The translations under genes were made by a program, and so were the position numbers. Below, one piece after another: positions 9,303-18,953 of a stretch of DNA of 64,000 nucleotides; position 1 is the first letter of the stretch, and every line of letters starts with the position of its first letter. The notes beneath the pieces were generated by a model. The model worked only from the letters and a program-made list of their open reading frames with translations, had not been told where the DNA came from and ran no database searches. The stretch lies in NCBI GenBank assembly GCA_030748775.1, contig JASMLH010000005.1:8625-72624 (forward strand). Direction: 5' to 3'. The DNA comes from Candidatus Thalassarchaeaceae archaeon. Its GTDB lineage: Archaea; Thermoplasmatota; Poseidoniia; Poseidoniales; Thalassarchaeaceae.

Positions 9303-11723
9303 GTGCGGGGGCGTCCAGTGGATTCTACAGAAAGCATAGTTGTGGACTCAGAGACATGGGGTGCAATGGAGCTTTTTGAGGTAATATCTTCACGATACTT
9401 CGATCTAGGAAATGAAGGTCCCATGCCCCCTTCCTGGGAGGTTAATGGAAAGGACGGCAGGCCTCCTGGCGAGCAATTGGTCGTCCTGAACAGGCATCTT
9501 GCCCCTATGGGGATGGTTGGCACCCTAGAGGACTCAAACCCCCCTGTTTTGTCGATCTCCAGACTACCTAGTGGACAGGTAGTTCTGAGGAATTGGCAGC
9601 AGGCACTGGTCTGGATTGCCATGTCAGGACTCTTGACCATTATTGGTGCACAATGGGTTAGTCGCTATGGCCACGGAAGCAATCCACTGGGAGTCGGAAC
9701 TTGGGGGCAATCGACCCTGTACTTCGCCCTCCCGATGGTGGCATCTGTTCTCGGAGCAAGCGTACTCAAGAAGAAGGTAGCCAGTAGGCTTGGAGTCGAA
9801 AGCGGGCACATCATTCCGATTGTATTGCCAATCTCTACCTGGTGGCCATTTGGAATAATTGGGACACTAGGCCAGAGGCGCAGTGACCTTGTGCCAGTTC
9901 CCGACAGAAGGTCACTGGGAATAATCGAGTCAGTTGTTCCAGTGGTCCTTTTCACCTTCGGAAGCATTCTAACCTTTGTCGGCCTATTGCTGACTCCGGA
10001 GAGTCCTCCAGAGCTAGATGAAGCCCCGGTAGTATTCCAGACCAGCTTTCTGGTGGAGTTGGTTTCGGAGACCTGGCTGGGACAAGGTCTTGGGCTTAGG
10101 CTACAATGGTTGCACCCAACTGGAATTGCCGGCATAGGACTATCGATAATTGGATGGGGTCTGATGCTCCCCATCCCCGGCTTCCCCGGGGATAGGGCGA
10201 TGCATGCTATCGTAGGTCCATCCAAGATGAGAGATGGGGGGTTCCAGACGTCGATTTTCGTTGCATTCCTTGGCATTCTTGTGTTAGTCTTCTCCACTTC
10301 GGACTACTCTCCTTGGATTTTCCTAGCTGCCATAGGGGTTTGGCAGAGGTTCTACCCTGACAGCATCCCGCATCCGATAGTGCTCGATGAGCACTCTGGC
10401 CTAGATGAGAGGAGTAGTGCAAGGATAACCTCTGTTGTATTGATAATTCTCATTGCAGGGTTCCCAGGAGCTACACCCTCGATTGAGCTAGATGGCTATG
10501 ATGCTGGACTTGGCACAGAAGAATGGATCAGAGAGTTGGATGTTTCACCTGGGTCCGAAGTAGAATTCGAGCTCGAACTGGAACCAATGGGGGTAATGCC
10601 GATATCAGGATGGCTGCAATTCAGAGTCGAAGGGGCGGAAGCTGAACTATGGTCCATATCCCCCTCCTGCTCCGATGGGTCTGAGATTTGCATATTCCAA
10701 GATTTGACACAATCCAACACAGATTCGTTAAGCATTTTCCTAGGCTCCCCTGAAGGGGAAATCTTACCCCATGTCCTCAGGATACTCATTGATGTTCAGG
10801 GCAAAGAGTCTCAGCATGAAATCAAACTATTCAATTCGAGTGCTGAGGGTCCGGAGAGTCCGCTCTGGGAAATGACTGCGGATTCGGGTAGTACGAAAAT
10901 CTGCACGACGCTAATGATCTCTGATGAGGGGGCGAACGTTAGCTCAGATGATCCATATTGGTACTTCGCCAACTCAACCGAGCTTAGTGCGGGGAGCAAT
11001 GAAGTTTGCATGGTCGGTCATCCTGGGGCTTTGCATTTCTCGGAAAAACTCGATCATCTAGGGAGGTCCTTCGGCCCCACGATTGTTATTGAACAAGGAA
11101 ACTCCACCATGGGCACATGGGAGTTCCCAATAGAGGGGACTGGGGAAACTCTGCTAGTCTACGATGGCAGGTGGGAAGTGCCAACTAGCTTTGCAGAAGT
11201 TGGGAGCCTCCTATACCACGCGGATTCGGGCAGTCCTTTCTGCCCATCGAACAGCGTGGCCCAGGAGGTGGATACCGACGCTTCAAACTGGAGCGTAATA
11301 ATGGATGATTACTCTGCAATTAGGCTAACTGGTGAATTCGGAGGGAGCGGTTTCTTGCAGATAGATGGAACAGGTTGGCTGACAGTGTGCACAGAGTCCA
11401 GAATTTTGCAGACGTACAACCTAATCGAAGGGATTGATGTAATCTTCCCAAGCAGAATAAACTTGGAAGATGGGGGGGCCTCATTCCAAGTGACCAACAG
11501 GGGTGAGGAGGAGCTCCCGGTTACTCTGGAGTGGTTCGGGAATTCTCCTGAAAGCGGAATATGGAACGTCTCCAAGCCCGAATCAATAGGCCCAGACGAA
11601 GAGGGTGACTTCGAAATTGCGGCAATGGGGGATTTGCCACTAGAAAGGTCGGTGTGGGTAACTGCCGATTCGACAGGGGTTATCGTACACCTCTCTGCAA
11701 GATGCCCATTAGGTGGTTGCTGA
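9303..11723 (+). CDS. Polytopic membrane protein with a degenerate M50 (site-2 protease)-like domain and a large C-terminal extracytoplasmic domain
   Basis: 806-aa ORF. Residues about 140-310 align by eye to the M50 core (..KKKVASRLGVESGHIIPI...PFGIIGTLG...PVPDRRSLGI... and GWGLMLPIPGFPGDRAMHAI versus the NxxPxxPLDGG motif). I found no HExxH anywhere in the protein. The C-terminal roughly 430 aa are Ser/Glu/Gly-rich with scattered Cys and end in CPLGGC. Confidence 0.6.
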   Translation: MRGRPVDSTESIVVDSETWGAMELFEVISSRYFDLGNEGPMPPSWEVNGKDGRPPGEQLVVLNRHLAPMGMVGTLEDSNPPVLSISRLPSGQVVLRNWQQALVWIAMSGLLTIIGAQWVSRYGHGSNPLGVGTWGQSTLYFALPMVASVLGASVLKKKVASRLGVESGHIIPIVLPISTWWPFGIIGTLGQRRSDLVPVPDRRSLGIIESVVPVVLFTFGSILTFVGLLLTPESPPELDEAPVVFQTSFLVELVSETWLGQGLGLRLQWLHPTGIAGIGLSIIGWGLMLPIPGFPGDRAMHAIVGPSKMRDGGFQTSIFVAFLGILVLVFSTSDYSPWIFLAAIGVWQRFYPDSIPHPIVLDEHSGLDERSSARITSVVLIILIAGFPGATPSIELDGYDAGLGTEEWIRELDVSPGSEVEFELELEPMGVMPISGWLQFRVEGAEAELWSISPSCSDGSEICIFQDLTQSNTDSLSIFLGSPEGEILPHVLRILIDVQGKESQHEIKLFNSSAEGPESPLWEMTADSGSTKICTTLMISDEGANVSSDDPYWYFANSTELSAGSNEVCMVGHPGALHFSEKLDHLGRSFGPTIVIEQGNSTMGTWEFPIEGTGETLLVYDGRWEVPTSFAEVGSLLYHADSGSPFCPSNSVAQEVDTDASNWSVIMDDYSAIRLTGEFGGSGFLQIDGTGWLTVCTESRILQTYNLIEGIDVIFPSRINLEDGGASFQVTNRGEEELPVTLEWFGNSPESGIWNVSKPESIGPDEEGDFEIAAMGDLPLERSVWVTADSTGVIVHLSARCPLGGC

Positions 11724-12674
11724 ATGAGGATAGCCGTACTTGGAGTTGGGTCCGTTGGGGGAATTATAGTTGGCTCATTAGCGGACACGGATGCACATAT
11801 CTTATGCGTCTCCAGGGGGCAAACTGCAGCAACCCTGGATTCCGGTCTCGTATTGAAAACCCCAGAAGGAGCAGTAGAGATGATCCCTCATGGGAGGTTC
11901 GCCCTACATGACAGCGAGAAGGGGCCCGTACCCGGATCTGAGATGGGCTCATATGATGTAGCTATAATCGCTGGAAAGGCCTCTTCTACAGCCGTACTGG
12001 CTTCGATTGCGAAGGATTTGCTATCCCCAGTTGGCGTGGCGATGAGCATTCAGAATGGACTGGGTCACGCCGAGAATATATCGCATGTAATCGGAAGAGA
12101 GAGGGTCCTAGCCGGATCAACGACTCATTCTGCATGGAGGGAGGGAGACGGGGCAGTAAACTGGTCTGGGAGAGGTTCCATTAGCATGGGAAAATTGGAT
12201 GGTTCAGAACCATCTGGTGCCTCTTCATCCCTACTAGGTTACTTGGAAGATTCTGGACTCAACCCAAGTTGGTCGTCCGACATAGAAAGCGTGATCTGGA
12301 TGAAGCTCCTGATCAACGTGGCAATAAATCCGGTATGCGCAATTGCTGGAGTCAGGAACGGCGCACTGGCCGAGGTTCCTGAACTCTGGGAACAGTCCTT
12401 GGAGGCAATGAAGGAGGCAGAGGAGGTGGCTATTGCCTCCGGCGTGGAGCTAGGGGATTTCGAGCCGGAGAGCTTCCTTCGGGAGGTGGTTCTATCGACA
12501 TCTGAAAATAGGGTTTCGATGCTTCAGGATCTTATGGCCGGAAGAAAGACGGAGGTAGATGCACTGTGTGGTGCTGTGATCGAAAGGGGAAGGGATGTCG
12601 GCGTTCCAACACCCAGAAACGAAATGTTGCAGGCACTGGTGAGGGGGATTGAGATGTCCTCCCACTTGGACTAG
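11724..12674 (+). CDS. panE: 2-dehydropantoate 2-reductase (ketopantoate reductase)
   Basis: MRIAVLGVGSVGG Rossmann N-terminus, plus KLLINVAINPVCAI and SMLQDLMAGRKTEVDALCGAV, typical of the ApbA/PanE family. Confidence 0.8.
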   Translation: MRIAVLGVGSVGGIIVGSLADTDAHILCVSRGQTAATLDSGLVLKTPEGAVEMIPHGRFALHDSEKGPVPGSEMGSYDVAIIAGKASSTAVLASIAKDLLSPVGVAMSIQNGLGHAENISHVIGRERVLAGSTTHSAWREGDGAVNWSGRGSISMGKLDGSEPSGASSSLLGYLEDSGLNPSWSSDIESVIWMKLLINVAINPVCAIAGVRNGALAEVPELWEQSLEAMKEAEEVAIASGVELGDFEPESFLREVVLSTSENRVSMLQDLMAGRKTEVDALCGAVIERGRDVGVPTPRNEMLQALVRGIEMSSHLD

Positions 12675-12679
12675 GAAGG

Positions 12680-13573
12680 TCAGCGTTGGCAAGACGGGCA
12701 GTAGAAGGTCGAGCGGTTGGACTGCACTATCCGCTTCACCTCTCCCTCGCACCCTCCCCTGAGGCAAGGCATTCCCTCCCTTCCATAAACGAGGAAGTTG
12801 TGTGTGAAGTATCCCATCGCTTCATCGCCGTCTACTCCCCTGAAGTCCTGTAATGTGGAGCCCCCAGCGTCTATTGCTTCTGTGATTACGTCATGAGTTG
12901 CGCCCGTAATCCTGACTATTCTATCTGTGATTCCCGATTTTCCAGCTATGCTTTTTGCTGACCTACGAGGGGAGACCTGCGCCCTATGGAGAATCTCGCA
13001 GACGTAAATATTGCCCAGTCCTGCCACATTCCTCTGGTCCAGCATAGCTGTCTTGATCGGAGATCTACGACCCCTTAGCCTGAGAGCCAATTCACCGGGG
13101 GTCAGATGATTGGGTGTAGGCTCCGGCCCTATGCCACACAGCAACCTGTGACTGTCCTCTTCCGTCGTAGGGAAGCAATCCATGAACCCAAACCTGCGAT
13201 GGTCGGAGTAGACTGCTCTATTTCCGTCATCCAAATGAATAATCACCCAATCGTGCGGCCCATCCCCACTGCCAACTGGAGCTCCGTTTGCAAACCTTCC
13301 AGGGCGACTCCTTATACCGTCTCCGATAAGAGTCCACCTTCCACTCATTCCTAGATGGCATAGCCATGTTTTCCCCCCACTCAGGCGGATAAGTAGGTAC
13401 TTTGCCCTCCGATTTACTGATTCGATGACTCTGCATTTCAGCATTTCAGAGAAACCAGAAGGGAAGGGGAATCTTAGGTCATCACGTAGAGTCTCTACAT
13501 CTGCAATAGTCCGACCCAGCAGATGGCCTTCCAGCCCCCTTCGGACGGTTTCCACCTCTGGTAACTCGGGCAT
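12680..13573 (-). CDS. mutM: Formamidopyrimidine-DNA glycosylase / Nei family (bacterial-type)
   Basis: N-terminal MPELPEVETVRRGL with catalytic Pro2/Glu3, H2TH region LLDQRNVAGLGNIYVCEILHRA, and a C-terminal zinc finger C..C...YCPSCQR. Confidence 0.9.
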   Translation of the reverse strand: MPELPEVETVRRGLEGHLLGRTIADVETLRDDLRFPFPSGFSEMLKCRVIESVNRRAKYLLIRLSGGKTWLCHLGMSGRWTLIGDGIRSRPGRFANGAPVGSGDGPHDWVIIHLDDGNRAVYSDHRRFGFMDCFPTTEEDSHRLLCGIGPEPTPNHLTPGELALRLRGRRSPIKTAMLDQRNVAGLGNIYVCEILHRAQVSPRRSAKSIAGKSGITDRIVRITGATHDVITEAIDAGGSTLQDFRGVDGDEAMGYFTHNFLVYGREGMPCLRGGCEGEVKRIVQSNRSTFYCPSCQR

Positions 13574-13657
13574 GTGTTAGCATTGGGAAAACAGGGCCAT
13601 CACTGTTTGCAATCGTTTGTGCGTTAGGATTATTGGAGTTGGCACCTTACATGCCTC

Positions 13658-14077
13658 ATGGAAAAGGACTCCGGGGGTGTTCCCGATTGGGTGACGACGG
13701 ATTCCGAACCTGAATCTCCCGAAGAGACTGTAATTTTCGAAGGCACCCCAAATACGGTAGAAGCCACTCAGCCCGAGCAGATTTTCGTACATGCCTCTCA
13801 TGGCGGACCAGCGGGGATTTATGTCCAGACAAATGCCGTCCTAGCCCTCGTCTTGGCAATAGTCGGACTGGTATTTTGTGGTCTGTGCACGGCAATTCCA
13901 GGCTTAATCCTGGCTCAAACTGCTTTGGCCCAAACTGAGGCGCAACCCGGCCATCCTGATCATGGGGTTGCCAGAGCTGCACAAATTGTTAGTTGGATAA
14001 CCATAGGGATTTGGGTGCTTCTTATCGGATTCTATGTATTGGTTTTCGGAGCGGTTATTGCATCTTCATCGGCCTGA
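13658..14077 (+). CDS. Small membrane protein, unknown function
   Basis: 139 aa with an acidic N-terminus followed by two hydrophobic spans (LALVLAIVGLVFCGLCTAIPGLILA and WITIGIWVLLIGFYVLVFGAVIA). No motif recognised. Confidence 0.5.
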   Translation: MEKDSGGVPDWVTTDSEPESPEETVIFEGTPNTVEATQPEQIFVHASHGGPAGIYVQTNAVLALVLAIVGLVFCGLCTAIPGLILAQTALAQTEAQPGHPDHGVARAAQIVSWITIGIWVLLIGFYVLVFGAVIASSSA

Positions 14078-14770
14078 GGAACACCAGAAGACTACATGCT
14101 GCTCCTCAAGCCCACTCAGGTCAATCCTCTCCAGAAGATTAAGCTCCGAATCGAGGATTCTCTTTTCGGCCTTCTTGAACCGGGAATTGTCATCCCCATC
14201 CGAAGTCCTTTCACTTGCGGCCTTCAGACTTAGTATGGCTGTACCTCCGGGTTTCAGGAATGCCTCTGACATCCTAACAAATGCGTCTGCCTGATCTGCA
14301 ATACTGAGATCCTGGTGTATCCAGTCTGCACCAGATCTCATGAAGGGGGCCACTTCGGATGGCTTCCTGGCATCGCCCAATACCGGAACGAGTCCTCTCC
14401 GTTTCTTAGCTAGAGAAACCAGATCTCTGGCCATTCGAGGGGATATCTCCACTGCCACAACCTGACCGCAATGGTGGTTGTCCGCCCCGCAGACAATATC
14501 GTGGATATGGCTGACCGTACCTCCACTGGATGCTCCAAGGTATAGGCAAGTGGAACCGGGAGTAGGGAGAATTTCGACTGAGTCCTGCTTCGTCCTTAGT
14601 AATGCAGCAGCTATCTTTGACTTGGTCGGATCCCACTTTCTCCACTCAATCCGACCATCCTTTTTCCTTCTCTCCCCCCTCACCGAGGTTCCTCTTACTG
14701 CATTCCTCGTCCACAGGGTCCTCCCCTCTCTCTTTGCGCCCCATCCAAGAGGCACTTTTTTTCGCGACAA
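14066..14770 (-). CDS. flpA: Fibrillarin-like rRNA/tRNA 2'-O-methyltransferase
   Basis: RIEWRKWDPTKSKIAAALL, LYLGASSGGTVSHIHDIV and PVLGDARKP. Directly downstream of nop5, as in most archaea. Confidence 0.93.
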   Translation of the reverse strand: MSRKKVPLGWGAKREGRTLWTRNAVRGTSVRGERRKKDGRIEWRKWDPTKSKIAAALLRTKQDSVEILPTPGSTCLYLGASSGGTVSHIHDIVCGADNHHCGQVVAVEISPRMARDLVSLAKKRRGLVPVLGDARKPSEVAPFMRSGADWIHQDLSIADQADAFVRMSEAFLKPGGTAILSLKAASERTSDGDDNSRFKKAEKRILDSELNLLERIDLSGLEEQHVVFWCSSGR

Positions 14771-14774
14771 TCTA

Positions 14775-15779
14775 TCACTTCCTCTTCGGCGGGCGTGGGA
14801 ACTTTGACTTGATGTTCTCTACCTCTTTGTTTATCTCTTCGATCTTTTCTGTGCCCCATGGATCCCCTCCAAAGTGATCCACCCTGACTGCTATGCTAGC
14901 TTTTCCGGCTAGGAACCTGGCGATCTTCCCCCTGACCCATCGAGGGGAGCGACTCACCTGGGGCATTGAGAATAGGATGGCTCCGTGCTTTGGAGGAGGC
15001 GCCCCACGCCTGTGTGCCGACATGGCAGCATGGGCCCCGAGAACCTGAAGCGAGCCCGATGGCATTCTGGCAAGTCTCTCCCTTCCACCTGCCAGCACGA
15101 CAAGCTTGGCTGCAGAAATTGGCCCCATTAGGGCAGTTAGGGATGGCAGATAGGTTGCTGAAATCTCGCGGATCGACTCCTCGTGCCCGATCAGGATATC
15201 TGAAGATGTTGTTACTCCAGAGGCCAGAGACTTCAGTGCTAGCCATTCTGAATCCCCTGGTTCGTGTGCAGGCTCTCCAACTCCCAGAATCTTGGCAGCT
15301 TCAGAGATTGACTCAGAATCCGCCACGGCCCGGGGAATCTCTCCCCTCTGTAAATCGAGGTCTGCTTCGGTTATGAAAAGCCCGGCCCACTCAACACAAC
15401 GCGCTTCCGCAGTAATCCAAGAGGACCGCATCTCCACCGTGGAAGAGACCAGCATGTCCAATCTGCGGTCCATATCCCCTGCCGCTCTGGCAATCTCTCT
15501 CTTGGCAAGTAGTTCCGACGCTCCCTGGAGCAATTTCTCGTCTTCCTCTCCGAAAGGGGGCCAAGAAGGATCGGAAACCGAAGCGACTCGGTCCGGAACT
15601 GCATCTGGGAACCTTTCCAATAGATCCTTAACCTCATTCAAAGCCCGGCCTTCCTTTATCATTTGCAGCCTATCAGCCAGGCTTGAGTAAGACCTGTGCC
15701 CATCCCAAGCCATCTCGTCCAACACATGGCCTTCCTCGTCGACTACTCTTGCGAGCCTCCAGTCGTAGTGAATCTGCAC
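14775..15779 (-). CDS. nop5: C/D box sRNP core protein Nop5 (Nop56/58)
   Basis: NOP domain LTALMGPISAAKLVVLAGGRERLARMPSGSLQVLGA....HGAILFS and a basic C-terminal tail KSKFPRPPKRK. Paired with flpA. Confidence 0.9.
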   Translation of the reverse strand: MQIHYDWRLARVVDEEGHVLDEMAWDGHRSYSSLADRLQMIKEGRALNEVKDLLERFPDAVPDRVASVSDPSWPPFGEEDEKLLQGASELLAKREIARAAGDMDRRLDMLVSSTVEMRSSWITAEARCVEWAGLFITEADLDLQRGEIPRAVADSESISEAAKILGVGEPAHEPGDSEWLALKSLASGVTTSSDILIGHEESIREISATYLPSLTALMGPISAAKLVVLAGGRERLARMPSGSLQVLGAHAAMSAHRRGAPPPKHGAILFSMPQVSRSPRWVRGKIARFLAGKASIAVRVDHFGGDPWGTEKIEEINKEVENIKSKFPRPPKRK

Positions 15780-15903
15780 GTTCTTCCGAAGTGGGTCAGT
15801 GGCTTGAACGGTGCGGAAGGTGAATTTTCCATATCGAATAGTTGAATAGTCGGCAGGTCCACCGTGACTCGGTTAGCGCTATTGCGACAATGGACGTGAG
15901 AGT

Positions 15904-16284
15904 ATGTTTTGTCCCGAGTGTGGTTCTCTTTCTTATCCTGATAGCAAGGGTTGGATAAAATGCCCAGACTACAAGTGCGGGTATGAGGGGCCTCTTTCTG
16001 GCACTGATGGCAAAGGTTCTGAGTTCACGGACCCGATGACTGGAGAGACTATAGATCTCTCAAAGACTAGGGCAACCACGGACTCAAAATCCCTGAAACA
16101 CCTAACTGAGGTGGTAGAAGAAGAAGGCCCAAGGGGGACTCTGCGAGTGGGCGACTACATCTGCCCAAAATGCGATGGAAACAGGACTTTTGTCGAACTC
16201 CGCCAGACTAGGTCGTCAGATGAGCCGGAAACAAAGATCTGCACATGCGAGACTTGCGGGCATAGATGGAGGGAATATCAGTAA
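15904..16284 (+). CDS. tfs: Transcription factor S (TFIIS/RpoM-like)
   Basis: N-terminal zinc ribbon MFCPECGS...KCPDYKCG. C-terminal ribbon CPKCDGNRTFVELRQTRSSDEPETKICTCETCGHRW carries the acidic DE hairpin. Confidence 0.85.
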   Translation: MFCPECGSLSYPDSKGWIKCPDYKCGYEGPLSGTDGKGSEFTDPMTGETIDLSKTRATTDSKSLKHLTEVVEEEGPRGTLRVGDYICPKCDGNRTFVELRQTRSSDEPETKICTCETCGHRWREYQ

Positions 16285-16355
16285 CAATCCTTCGATAAGC
16301 GTCCAATAAGCATCAAGAGCCTTCAATTATCGACAGGGGCAGTAGAGGGGTTACG

Positions 16356-17105
16356 ATGTTGAGAATCACGGCAAAGCAGCAGTTGATGAAGGATATAGTC
16401 GATGTCCTGTCGGTCCTAACAGACGAGGCGAAACTAGTATGGGGGGAGAAAGGACTAGGGGTGAGCGTAGTCGACGGTTCGCATGTGGCCCTCTTGTCGC
16501 TAACTATAGCTGACGAGTGCTTCGAGACCTATGAGGTAGAACCAGTCGAGATTGGCCTGGAACTAGGAAAGATGAGGGATCTCCTGAGCCTAGCAGGGGC
16601 CAGTGATCTAGTTGAGATGGACTATGACGATGCAGTGGGTGCAATCAACGTTCGAGTAGGGGAGGTCCACAGGATTTTGAGGGGGATAGATACCAATGCT
16701 ATGGACAATCCCAATCAGCCTAAACTTGAGTTCAAATCCAAGGCAACAATAGATTCTGAAAAGCTGTCCAGGGCTTTGAGGGCAGCGAAGTTCGTAGGAG
16801 AGCTAGTAGATTTTAGCATGGACAAGAACCAGATGACTGTTTCCGTATCTGTAGAAGCAGGCGAGGGAGTAAATGTAAAATTCGAATCGGGAGAATTGAG
16901 TGATTTGGTTTGCGGGTCGCCAACACATTCGACGTACTCTCTGCAGTTCCTAGATCCACTGGCTAGGAAGCTCGCAGGAGGGATTACGAACGAGATAACA
17001 CTAGAGTTCGAGGAGAAGTACCCACTGAGGCTAACCTGGATGAGCAATGACGGTGGGGCGAAATGGACATACTTCCTAGCCCCTAGAGTAATGAATGACC
17101 CGTGA
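16356..17105 (+). CDS. pcn: DNA polymerase sliding clamp PCNA
   Basis: 249 aa with two-domain repeat architecture, and the typical length and sequence pattern (..VSVVDGSHVALLSLTI.. / ..YSLQFLDPLAR.. / ..PLRLTW....KWTYFLAPRV). Confidence 0.9.
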   Translation: MLRITAKQQLMKDIVDVLSVLTDEAKLVWGEKGLGVSVVDGSHVALLSLTIADECFETYEVEPVEIGLELGKMRDLLSLAGASDLVEMDYDDAVGAINVRVGEVHRILRGIDTNAMDNPNQPKLEFKSKATIDSEKLSRALRAAKFVGELVDFSMDKNQMTVSVSVEAGEGVNVKFESGELSDLVCGSPTHSTYSLQFLDPLARKLAGGITNEITLEFEEKYPLRLTWMSNDGGAKWTYFLAPRVMNDP

Positions 17106-18225
17106 ACTCATCAATGAGTTGTCCCTAGGAGTTCTCGTGCCTTGCAGGGTCTGCGTAATTGTACCCACCGTGGGCAACCCGGAAGAGTTAGCTGTAGCAT
17201 TGGACGGCCTAAGTAATCAGACATTCGCCGATATTGAGATTGTTGTAGTTGGGCCAGAGAGGGATCCAGGAAGTGATGTGGCTAGACAAAGAGGGATTAG
17301 GTATCTGGATGAGGGTGAATCCAAGACCAGGGCAGATGCATGTAACCTAGCAATCAGAGAGACCGAATCAGAGCTTGTCCTTTTCACGGATGACGATGTG
17401 ATTGTGCCAGGTGATTGGGTGGAAAATCTCGTCAGATGGTTCAAACGTCCTGAGGTAGCTGGAGTGGGGGGGCCTAACTTCGCTCCACCCGAAATTTCCA
17501 CGACATGGCAGAAGGCGATAGACGTGGCATTCTGCAATGAGTTCTTCACAGCGGGAACCAACTATGGGAGAGTCGCGGGTGACGAATTGGAAGAAGTAGA
17601 GCAACTCCCCGGAGTTAACTCGGCTTACAGGAGAGCGATTCTGGAAGAAGTTGGGGGTTTTGACAAAGGTGCCATTGGAGCAGAGGATGTGATGCTGGAT
17701 CTGAGAATCAGGAAGGCAGGACATAGACTCTGGTCTGATGGAAGTGCAATCATGTGGCACAGGAGGAGGGGTCTGAGCAGAGTGATGAAGCAGATCAGGA
17801 ACTATGGGCTAGTTCGAAAACTGGCTGGCCATAGGTATCCGATCCTGTGGGGATGGAGCCATTCAATGGTCTCGGCATTCCCGCCACTGATTCTTCTATC
17901 CATTGCTCTTTTCTCATGGGGTTCAATCAATGGAGGGGTAATGTGGCCTGAGTTCTGGGATATCTCAACTAAGTCGGTCCCCATTGGTGCTGAGAGGATC
18001 GCCGTACACCAACTTCCCACTTTGGCCGTTTTGTACAATCTAATTGCTTGGACAGGAGCTGCAAGGAGTAGTTCTCCAAACAAGTCAACAAGTACTGTGT
18101 TTCTGTCATCTTTTGTATCCTTCTTGCTACACTGGAACTATGGAATTGGTGCAATAAAGGGAAGATTGGCAGTTGCAAGAGGCGTTAGATTATCTCAGAT
18201 CGACGATAGGAATAGGGTTTCCTAG
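17095..18225 (+). CDS. Family 2 glycosyltransferase with C-terminal membrane spans
   Basis: VCVIVPTVGNPEEL...LSNQTFADIEIVVV, DxD-type FTDDDVIV, and GAEDVMLDLRIRKAGHRLW. The start overlaps the pcn stop by 11 nt. Confidence 0.8.
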   Translation: MTRELINELSLGVLVPCRVCVIVPTVGNPEELAVALDGLSNQTFADIEIVVVGPERDPGSDVARQRGIRYLDEGESKTRADACNLAIRETESELVLFTDDDVIVPGDWVENLVRWFKRPEVAGVGGPNFAPPEISTTWQKAIDVAFCNEFFTAGTNYGRVAGDELEEVEQLPGVNSAYRRAILEEVGGFDKGAIGAEDVMLDLRIRKAGHRLWSDGSAIMWHRRRGLSRVMKQIRNYGLVRKLAGHRYPILWGWSHSMVSAFPPLILLSIALFSWGSINGGVMWPEFWDISTKSVPIGAERIAVHQLPTLAVLYNLIAWTGAARSSSPNKSTSTVFLSSFVSFLLHWNYGIGAIKGRLAVARGVRLSQIDDRNRVS

Positions 18226-18228
18226 CTA

Positions 18229-18951
18229 TTAGGGCCGCCGAACCATTTCACCAGATTCGACATACCAGGTGGGCTGCCTTGGACGCCAGAATATGCCAGT
18301 GAATAGTCCGAAGAAGATTCCGCCGAACAATAAGTTCAACCATCCCTCAGAGATGTACGTAGGGCTGGCGTTAAAAAATGCCCAAGCGAATGAAGGAATG
18401 ATGCCGAAAAATATCGAAATTATCGCCTCCTCTCTGAATATTCGTGAGTTGTCGCGTCTCTTCGGTAGAAGAAGGGGGCTATTTGGCCACTCGGTCAGTT
18501 CGCGGACAACGAGGCGAAATTTTATGCTGTTCTCAGAGCTTTGGATTTTTTCTATAGGCATCATGGAAGGTGTCGGTTTGCCCGATTTCCAAACCCTGAT
18601 GATGCCATTCCTGGAGCCTTTCTTCGCAATAGGCCTACCATCACATGCCTTTCCCCAGTAGTTTTCAGATAAGTCGGCAAGAGCCTCGACTGAGTTCCCG
18701 TCACCTCCAGAGATCAGACCCATGGAATATGCAAGTTCCCATTCAGATTCCGAAGCAATCTCGGCCACCTGGGAGTTCAGAATGTCTTCGGCATCATTGG
18801 GCTCCAATGGTTCCATTGAGATCTTATATCTATATCCAATTGACACCTCGTGCCTGGGACCAATCCCACCAAACAATATCGATCTATCATCAGAACCCAT
18901 CAGTACAGAACCCGGTGCAACCTCTGCCCAAGAAATAGGGGGGGTCCCCAA
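18229..18951 (-). CDS. Membrane-anchored hypothetical protein (weak FGE/SUMF1-like N-terminal resemblance)
   Basis: 240 aa. The N-terminus APGSVLMGSDD....PRHEVSIGYRYKIS and ASESEWELAYSMGL loosely recall the FGE-sulfatase fold. Two C-terminal TM helices. The domain call is weak. Confidence 0.45.
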   Translation of the reverse strand: MGTPPISWAEVAPGSVLMGSDDRSILFGGIGPRHEVSIGYRYKISMEPLEPNDAEDILNSQVAEIASESEWELAYSMGLISGGDGNSVEALADLSENYWGKACDGRPIAKKGSRNGIIRVWKSGKPTPSMMPIEKIQSSENSIKFRLVVRELTEWPNSPLLLPKRRDNSRIFREEAIISIFFGIIPSFAWAFFNASPTYISEGWLNLLFGGIFFGLFTGIFWRPRQPTWYVESGEMVRRP

Positions 18952-18953
18952 TT

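Noticed and set aside
9665-10297. 210-aa antisense ORF inside the M50-like gene. Similar long antisense ORFs occur at 5977-6417, 7372-7794, 36008-36583, 45693-46370, 56459-56839 and elsewhere.
   Set aside because: These are shadow ORFs opposite strongly supported genes. Their compositions are Ser/Pro/Arg-rich, typical of antisense frames, and they carry no motifs.
15780-15903. Divergent nop5/tfs spacer checked for a C/D box sRNA, given the adjacent sRNP genes
   Set aside because: No RUGAUGA or CUGA boxes on either strand.
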